A stretch of 64,000 bases of DNA from Candidatus Latescibacterota bacterium (GTDB lineage Bacteria; Latescibacterota; UBA2968), in NCBI GenBank assembly GCA_965116885.1, contig OZ220741.1, forward strand, positions 3,424,001 through 3,488,000. Reading direction: 5' to 3'. The position numbers and the translations under genes are program-made. This document shows positions 59,098 to 64,000 of the stretch, in pieces. Each line of letters starts with the position of its first letter. The stretch's first letter is position 1. The notes beneath the pieces were generated by a model. It saw nothing but the letters and a program-made list of their open reading frames with translations. It was not told the origin of the DNA and searched no databases.

Positions 59098-60519
59098 TCA
59101 GTTCTGGGGCTCGGGATGGCTCGCATTGGCCAGTTCGCGCAGTACATCGACCGCGAGGAGGACATCTTTCCTTCTACAGTCGAACTGACCGACCTGGAAG
59201 CGAATGACGAACTGTCCTTCATGGATCGTCTGCGTCAGGTAGATTCGGCCGTCATCATTGACCGCGCGGAGCAGGCGTTCGGTGGCGTCGTTGGCATTCT
59301 CACTGTTGGGGGCGTACTGGAACGTGAAGAGCGAAAGGTGGCAGTCCGTTGTCAGGCGAAAGCCGTCCAGAGATGCGATCGCGGCAGCGGCCTCTTCAGC
59401 CCAGGCAATATGGTTTCGGATGCGCTGTCGGAGGTCTTTGAGGCCGTGGGCGCGGAGCAGGAACCAGAGCTTTAAGGCTCGGAATCGACGTCCCAGGGGG
59501 ATCGTCCACTCGCTGTAATTGGTGATCTCGGTTTGACCGAGGGTCTGGAGGTAATCCGGACGGATGCCGAGGGTGCGAACCTGTGGTTCCGGGTCCGCGA
59601 GAAACTGGATTGAGCAGTCGAACTGCGCACCGAGCCACTTGTGGGGGTTGAAGGCGATGCTGTCGGCTTCCTCGACACCCGCCCACAACTCCCGTAGCTC
59701 GGGACAGATCATCGCGGAACCGGCCCACGCGGCGTCGATGTGGACGTAGAGATCATGCTCTCGTGCCACTTCGATGGTCTGGCGCACATGGTCGGACGCG
59801 CCAATTGATGTGCCTCCAACACAGAGGACGACACCGGCCGGGAGAAAACCCGCGGCGCGATCTGCGTTGATTGCCCGACGGAGTGCCTCCGGGTCGAGTG
59901 CCCAGGAACCATCGGTCGGAACTTTGACCAGATTTCGTTGGCCGATACCGGCGATGCGAATCGCCTTGTCAACCGACGAGTGGGTCTCCGGTGATGCGTA
60001 GATCCGGAGTTGTTTCTCTCCCGCTATTCCAGAGTCGATTCCTCGCCAGCCGAGTGTGCGCTCGCGCATCGTCAGTACGGCGCAGACATTTGCCGACGTT
60101 CCCGCATCCTGGATAACCCCCTGGAACCCTTCTGGTAGCCCGAGTGCCTGACGCATCCAGTCGGTCATTCGAGTTTCAATCTCCGTAGCTGCGGGTGAGG
60201 TCTGCCAGAGCATGCACTGGGCCGCCATGACCGCCGTCAGATTCTCGGCGATCATCGAAACCGGCGCAGCATTGGCGCTGAAGTACGCAAAAAAGCGCCG
60301 GTGTTGCCAGTGCGTCATGCCGTCCGGCACAATGCGCTCGAAGTCGGCAAAGATCGTTTCCATGCCTGCTGGCTCTTCCGGTGGCGATAGAGGCAGCATC
60401 GCAGCGATCTCGCCTGGTTCGGTCTGCGCTCGTACGGGCCGCTCTTCGAGCGTGGTCAGGTATTCGGCGCCCCACTGTGCTGCTCGTTCAGCCCATTGAT
60501 AGTAGTCTTCTCGTTTCAA
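59098..60519 (-). CDS. PLP-dependent aromatic-L-amino-acid decarboxylase family
   Basis: GMTHWQH, SPAATE, HIDAAWAG, FNPHKW, RRFRALKLW. Confidence 0.92.
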   Translation of the reverse strand: MKREDYYQWAERAAQWGAEYLTTLEERPVRAQTEPGEIAAMLPLSPPEEPAGMETIFADFERIVPDGMTHWQHRRFFAYFSANAAPVSMIAENLTAVMAAQCMLWQTSPAATEIETRMTDWMRQALGLPEGFQGVIQDAGTSANVCAVLTMRERTLGWRGIDSGIAGEKQLRIYASPETHSSVDKAIRIAGIGQRNLVKVPTDGSWALDPEALRRAINADRAAGFLPAGVVLCVGGTSIGASDHVRQTIEVAREHDLYVHIDAAWAGSAMICPELRELWAGVEEADSIAFNPHKWLGAQFDCSIQFLADPEPQVRTLGIRPDYLQTLGQTEITNYSEWTIPLGRRFRALKLWFLLRAHGLKDLRQRIRNHIAWAEEAAAAIASLDGFRLTTDCHLSLFTFQYAPNSENANDATERLLRAVNDDGRIYLTQTIHEGQFVIRFQVGQFDCRRKDVLLAVDVLRELANASHPEPQN

Positions 60520-60601
60520 TGCATTGCGTCCAGGTTTTTAGAAATTGAGTTCTTCAAAGGTAGTTGTGGCGTCAGCATTTTGTTGTCCTTCAATAAATCG
60601 C

Positions 60602-62134
60602 CTAAATTTCATCGTCATCCAGAGCGCGCTGTCCTTCAAACGGTCCCCAGCGAATACGCGCTCTGGTTCTTCTATCGCTCTTGTAAATCTCTGGATCATA
60701 ATCCGGGTTTACCTTCGGGAATCGCGCCTCGACCAGTTCGAGATAGCGCATCATCTCATCGTAGAGTTTCTGGTGTGTTTCCGGATTTTGCTTTGCAATA
60801 TTGGCAACCTCGCCAATGTCGCCAGAAAGGTCGAACAACATCGGGATATCTGGTCGTTCGTAAAAATGGATCACTTTGGATGAACCGGAAATAATGACCG
60901 AATGCGGTACAGAATTTCGATAATGGGGATAATGGAAATAGAGATAGCGATTTAGAAAGGCATCGTCCGGCTCTTTTCCCGCCATGTAATCCGCGAGGCT
61001 GACACCGTCGATGTTTTGCAATTCTGCCGAGTCGCCACCAGCCCAATCGACGAAGGTGGGTAAGAAGTCATAGTTGATCACGTTGCCGGTAAAAGCTGAA
61101 CCAGGTTTGATCCCGGGACCTTTGACTATCATAGGTACCCGGATGCCGCCATCCCACAACCACCACTTTGTCGCGTGTAACGGTTGCTTGTAGTCCGGTA
61201 TGATTTCGACTTCTTCGTGTCGGTAGCCGTTGTCACCCACTACGATGACATAGGTGTTATCCTCGATTCCCAGTTCCCTGAGCTTGTCGAGCACTGCGCC
61301 GATCCGACCATCCAGGTCCTCACCCATTCCCAACCAGATTGCGGGATCATCTCCCCGGTTGACTGTGTCGGGATGTTTGTTGTTTTTCTTGTACCACTCC
61401 TGCACCAGTGGGTGATTCACATACTTTTCACGCGTTTTATCCAGGCATTCATAACCCGCATGCATGGCATAATGAGATATCTGAAGGTAAAAGGGATTGC
61501 TTTTTTCTACCTGTTCTTCCATGAAGCCGATAGCCTTTTCAGTAATGCTGAACATCAACTTGGGATCGGCCATATCTTTGGGCAGGCGCCTGGGCGTCCG
61601 CTCGCCTCTCTCCAGGTCGTACTTCAGGGTATTGCCGGGATTATTATCGGTAGCACCATCGTGTAATACGTAGCCCGCCTTTGCAGGATCGCCCCTCATG
61701 TGCCATTTGCCAATGTGGGCGCTGACATAACCCAGTGGCTTGAGAGCTTTGGGAATGGTAACTGCGTCTTCGTCGAGTTCTCGGTCGGACACGTTCGGAA
61801 CCAGCGGAAAATGCCGATATTCCCTTTTCGTGTCGTAGTAAGGCTCTCTTGCCCCCAAATATACCGTGAAACCACTGTGTGGCGCAGACTGTCCCGTCTG
61901 CACACACACACGAGCAGGTGCACATTGCGGTGCTCCATAGGCATTGCCAAATTTCATTCCGTCATTTGCCAGTTTTTGGATGTTCGGCATTTGCAAGACC
62001 GGCATGAGGGAATTCTCCATGGTGTCATCCATGGCAACCGGTGATCCGTTCCAGGCCCAGTCGTCTATATAAAACATGACAATGTTGGGCCTCGCTTGTT
62101 GCTCCTTCAAACAATTTTTCTTTGGCATTATCAC
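60602..62134 (-). CDS. Sulfatase (Cys-type)
   Basis: [28 protein letters not shown]. Confidence 0.9.
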   Translation of the reverse strand: MIMPKKNCLKEQQARPNIVMFYIDDWAWNGSPVAMDDTMENSLMPVLQMPNIQKLANDGMKFGNAYGAPQCAPARVCVQTGQSAPHSGFTVYLGAREPYYDTKREYRHFPLVPNVSDRELDEDAVTIPKALKPLGYVSAHIGKWHMRGDPAKAGYVLHDGATDNNPGNTLKYDLERGERTPRRLPKDMADPKLMFSITEKAIGFMEEQVEKSNPFYLQISHYAMHAGYECLDKTREKYVNHPLVQEWYKKNNKHPDTVNRGDDPAIWLGMGEDLDGRIGAVLDKLRELGIEDNTYVIVVGDNGYRHEEVEIIPDYKQPLHATKWWLWDGGIRVPMIVKGPGIKPGSAFTGNVINYDFLPTFVDWAGGDSAELQNIDGVSLADYMAGKEPDDAFLNRYLYFHYPHYRNSVPHSVIISGSSKVIHFYERPDIPMLFDLSGDIGEVANIAKQNPETHQKLYDEMMRYLELVEARFPKVNPDYDPEIYKSDRRTRARIRWGPFEGQRALDDDEI

Positions 62135-62159
62135 AATCCTCTAATCCTCAAAATAGACA

Positions 62160-63434
62160 TCAGTTCATCTTCAATTCATCAATATTATTCCGCAATTTTT
62201 GGAACGCTTCGAGAATGAGGTCCATGTTTTCGCGCGGTCCGAGAAGTATGCGATGCGTGAGATCAAGGGCTTCGGTTTCGTGAATGCGCTCGGCTTCGGG
62301 ACAATAGACTTTGGTGTAGTCGATGGGATCCGCCTGGTACAATGGGCAGCGGATTGGACAGCCTGTTTCGCCCCATTTGCCGCTGGCAAACATGCTAAAT
62401 TGATAGAGGGGCTTTGTCGGGCCAATGCCACAGGGTACGCCTTCGGCCTGGAGTGCTTTGCGGAATCGTTCGCGGTGGATGCCTTCAAATTCTTCGGAGA
62501 TAAATTTGAAGTGCCAGCGATAGGGGTTCCAGCGGGTGACGCGCTCGTCAATGTCGAGGCCAGTGAGTCCGGGAATAGATTCCATTCCTTTGTGGAGATA
62601 CTTGAGATTTTCCCACCGGATTTCTGCCTGTTCTTCGAGGCGGGTGAGTGCGATCAGGCCGATGGCCGCTTCAAATTCGCCCAGTCTCAAGGTTGTGGCA
62701 GGCCAGGTGAAGTTCATACTTTCTTCGCCTCTGTCTCGGCCTGCGTGATGATACCGAAAGGCTTTTTCGTACAGGCTTTCGTCTTTGGTCATCACCACGC
62801 CGCCTTCGCCTATGGCGAGCACTTTGCCGGGCATGCAGGAGAAGCCAGCAATGTCGGCTTGAGAGCCCACGCCTTTGCCTCTCCATTGTCCGCCGTGCGC
62901 ATGAGAACAGTCGCTGACCAGGCCGATGTTGTGTTTGCGGCAGATGTCACTTAGAGCATCTGTGTCGCAGGGCATGCCGCCCATATCTACGGCAACGACT
63001 GCCCGGGTGCGCGGCGTGATGAGGGCTTCTACGCTTTTGGGGTCGATGGTGTAGTTGCGTGGGTCGATGTCGGCAAAGATGGGAATGCCATTGCAAATCA
63101 TGACGCAGGACGCGGATGCGATATAAGTTGACGCGGGGACAATGACTTCACAGCCAGCTTCGACGCCGAGGGCGCGCAAGCAGGTTTCGAGTGCTGTGGT
63201 GCCTGTGGAGACAGCAAGCGCGTATTTGCTGTCGTGAAATTCTGCAAAGGCCTTTTCAAATGCGTAGAGTTTGCTGTCGCCATGGTTGTAATAGTCAAAG
63301 CCACTGCGTCCCCATTTGTGACTGCGAAGGACGCCGACAACGGCTTTTTCTTCGCGTTCATCGTGAACCGGCCAGGGTTGGCGCAGGTCTCTATTCACCG
63401 TTTTTGAACCACCGTTGATTGCGAGTTCAGGCAT
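62160..63434 (-). CDS. DegT/DnrJ/EryC1/StrS aminotransferase
   Basis: MPELAINGG, STGTTAL, DCSHAHG, FSCMPGKVLAIGEGG; start placed at ATG 63434. Confidence 0.9.
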   Translation of the reverse strand: MPELAINGGSKTVNRDLRQPWPVHDEREEKAVVGVLRSHKWGRSGFDYYNHGDSKLYAFEKAFAEFHDSKYALAVSTGTTALETCLRALGVEAGCEVIVPASTYIASASCVMICNGIPIFADIDPRNYTIDPKSVEALITPRTRAVVAVDMGGMPCDTDALSDICRKHNIGLVSDCSHAHGGQWRGKGVGSQADIAGFSCMPGKVLAIGEGGVVMTKDESLYEKAFRYHHAGRDRGEESMNFTWPATTLRLGEFEAAIGLIALTRLEEQAEIRWENLKYLHKGMESIPGLTGLDIDERVTRWNPYRWHFKFISEEFEGIHRERFRKALQAEGVPCGIGPTKPLYQFSMFASGKWGETGCPIRCPLYQADPIDYTKVYCPEAERIHETEALDLTHRILLGPRENMDLILEAFQKLRNNIDELKMN

Positions 63435-63999
63435 TGGAGTGTTCCTTGTGGGATGAATTATCGTGCAGTTTCGTGAGTAAGGTTTGTGTTTCGTCAATCC
63501 AGCGTTCACCTGTGCCGGGAACGACGCAGGCGCGGTTGTATTCGAGTGGGTCGCTTGGATAGGGGATAACGCCGTAGCCTCCGAAATTATACGCGCGGCG
63601 ATTTGGCACATAGCCACATGATCCCTGGGAATAGCCCATGACAATCGTGCGCGCAAAGGGGGATGACGATTGGGTGGATAGAGATAGCTCGATGAAGGGT
63701 TCACCTTGCCAGAAGACGAGTGATAGGTCGTCGCTTATGCAGATGACGGGGATTTCGATTCGGATGGTTTTTTCGTTTGTGTATCGGTTGGGGAGTGTGT
63801 CTTGCCAGCGCGCTACTTTAAGTGAAAGATTTGTTTCTGGCCTTGCTTGTGTCCAGGCAACGATGGCTTCTCTGGCGAGCGCTTTGCCCATTTCTTCGAC
63901 CGTATCGTAATTGTCTCTGGGTTCCTGAATCGGAAGGATGTTGCCACATGCCCCTTGTAGAAATATTGAGAAGGGTACAGATGTGCCTGCTTCAAAGTG
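63427..63999 (-). CDS. Neutral/alkaline ceramidase-like protein (C-terminal part; start outside window)
   Basis: Frame open to the window edge: FLQGACGNILP, GEPFIE, GYVPNRRAYNFGGY. Confidence 0.75.
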   Translation of the reverse strand, partial: HFEAGTSVPFSIFLQGACGNILPIQEPRDNYDTVEEMGKALAREAIVAWTQARPETNLSLKVARWQDTLPNRYTNEKTIRIEIPVICISDDLSLVFWQGEPFIELSLSTQSSSPFARTIVMGYSQGSCGYVPNRRAYNFGGYGVIPYPSDPLEYNRACVVPGTGERWIDETQTLLTKLHDNSSHKEHSNA

Positions 64000-64000
64000 G

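Noticed and set aside
63435..63704. N-terminal extension of the DegT ORF (similar extensions at 3338-3397, 19236-19310, 20299-20370, 42070-42159)
   Set aside because: They overlap upstream genes or lack homology-like sequence; downstream ATGs with family-typical starts fit better.
1..64000. CRISPR array, rRNA, integrase, transposase, reverse transcriptase/DGR or prophage
   Set aside because: No regularly spaced repeats or characteristic protein motifs seen; differences between the duplicated MTases are not adenine-specific.

Overview
Bacterial accessory region with no housekeeping genes. About 50 mostly minus-strand CDSs: 7 sulfatase-family genes, 9 class I SAM methyltransferases (one with a premature stop), 5 GNATs, 3 orphan MacB/FtsX-type ABC permeases, 2 aldo/keto reductases, 2 PhyH dioxygenases, a GH29 fucosidase, a DUF1552/DUF1592 pair, and MFS, HAD, NUDIX, 2H, GFA, S66 and PLP-enzyme genes. 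The repertoire resembles sulfatase-rich Latescibacterota/Poribacteria/PVC-like lineages (inference only). Main signals outside the ORF track: (1) a 105-nt non-canonical tRNA-like gene (37793-37897, minus) with an 8/4 acceptor/T fold, a long variable arm and an 8-nt anticodon loop (allo-tRNA/tRNA-Sec-like); (2) many spacers are recognisable stumps of lost genes or isolated attC-like half-sites, and one duplicated block shows a deletion at a 4-bp microhomology, suggesting an eroded gene-cassette array; (3) a DUF2188 + NDT/TIR-like two-gene module; (4) a duplicated sigma70 promoter upstream of a broken TA module and of a LamG gene; (5) a structured uORF/double-terminator leader. Family calls come from motif recognition by eye; no searches were run.
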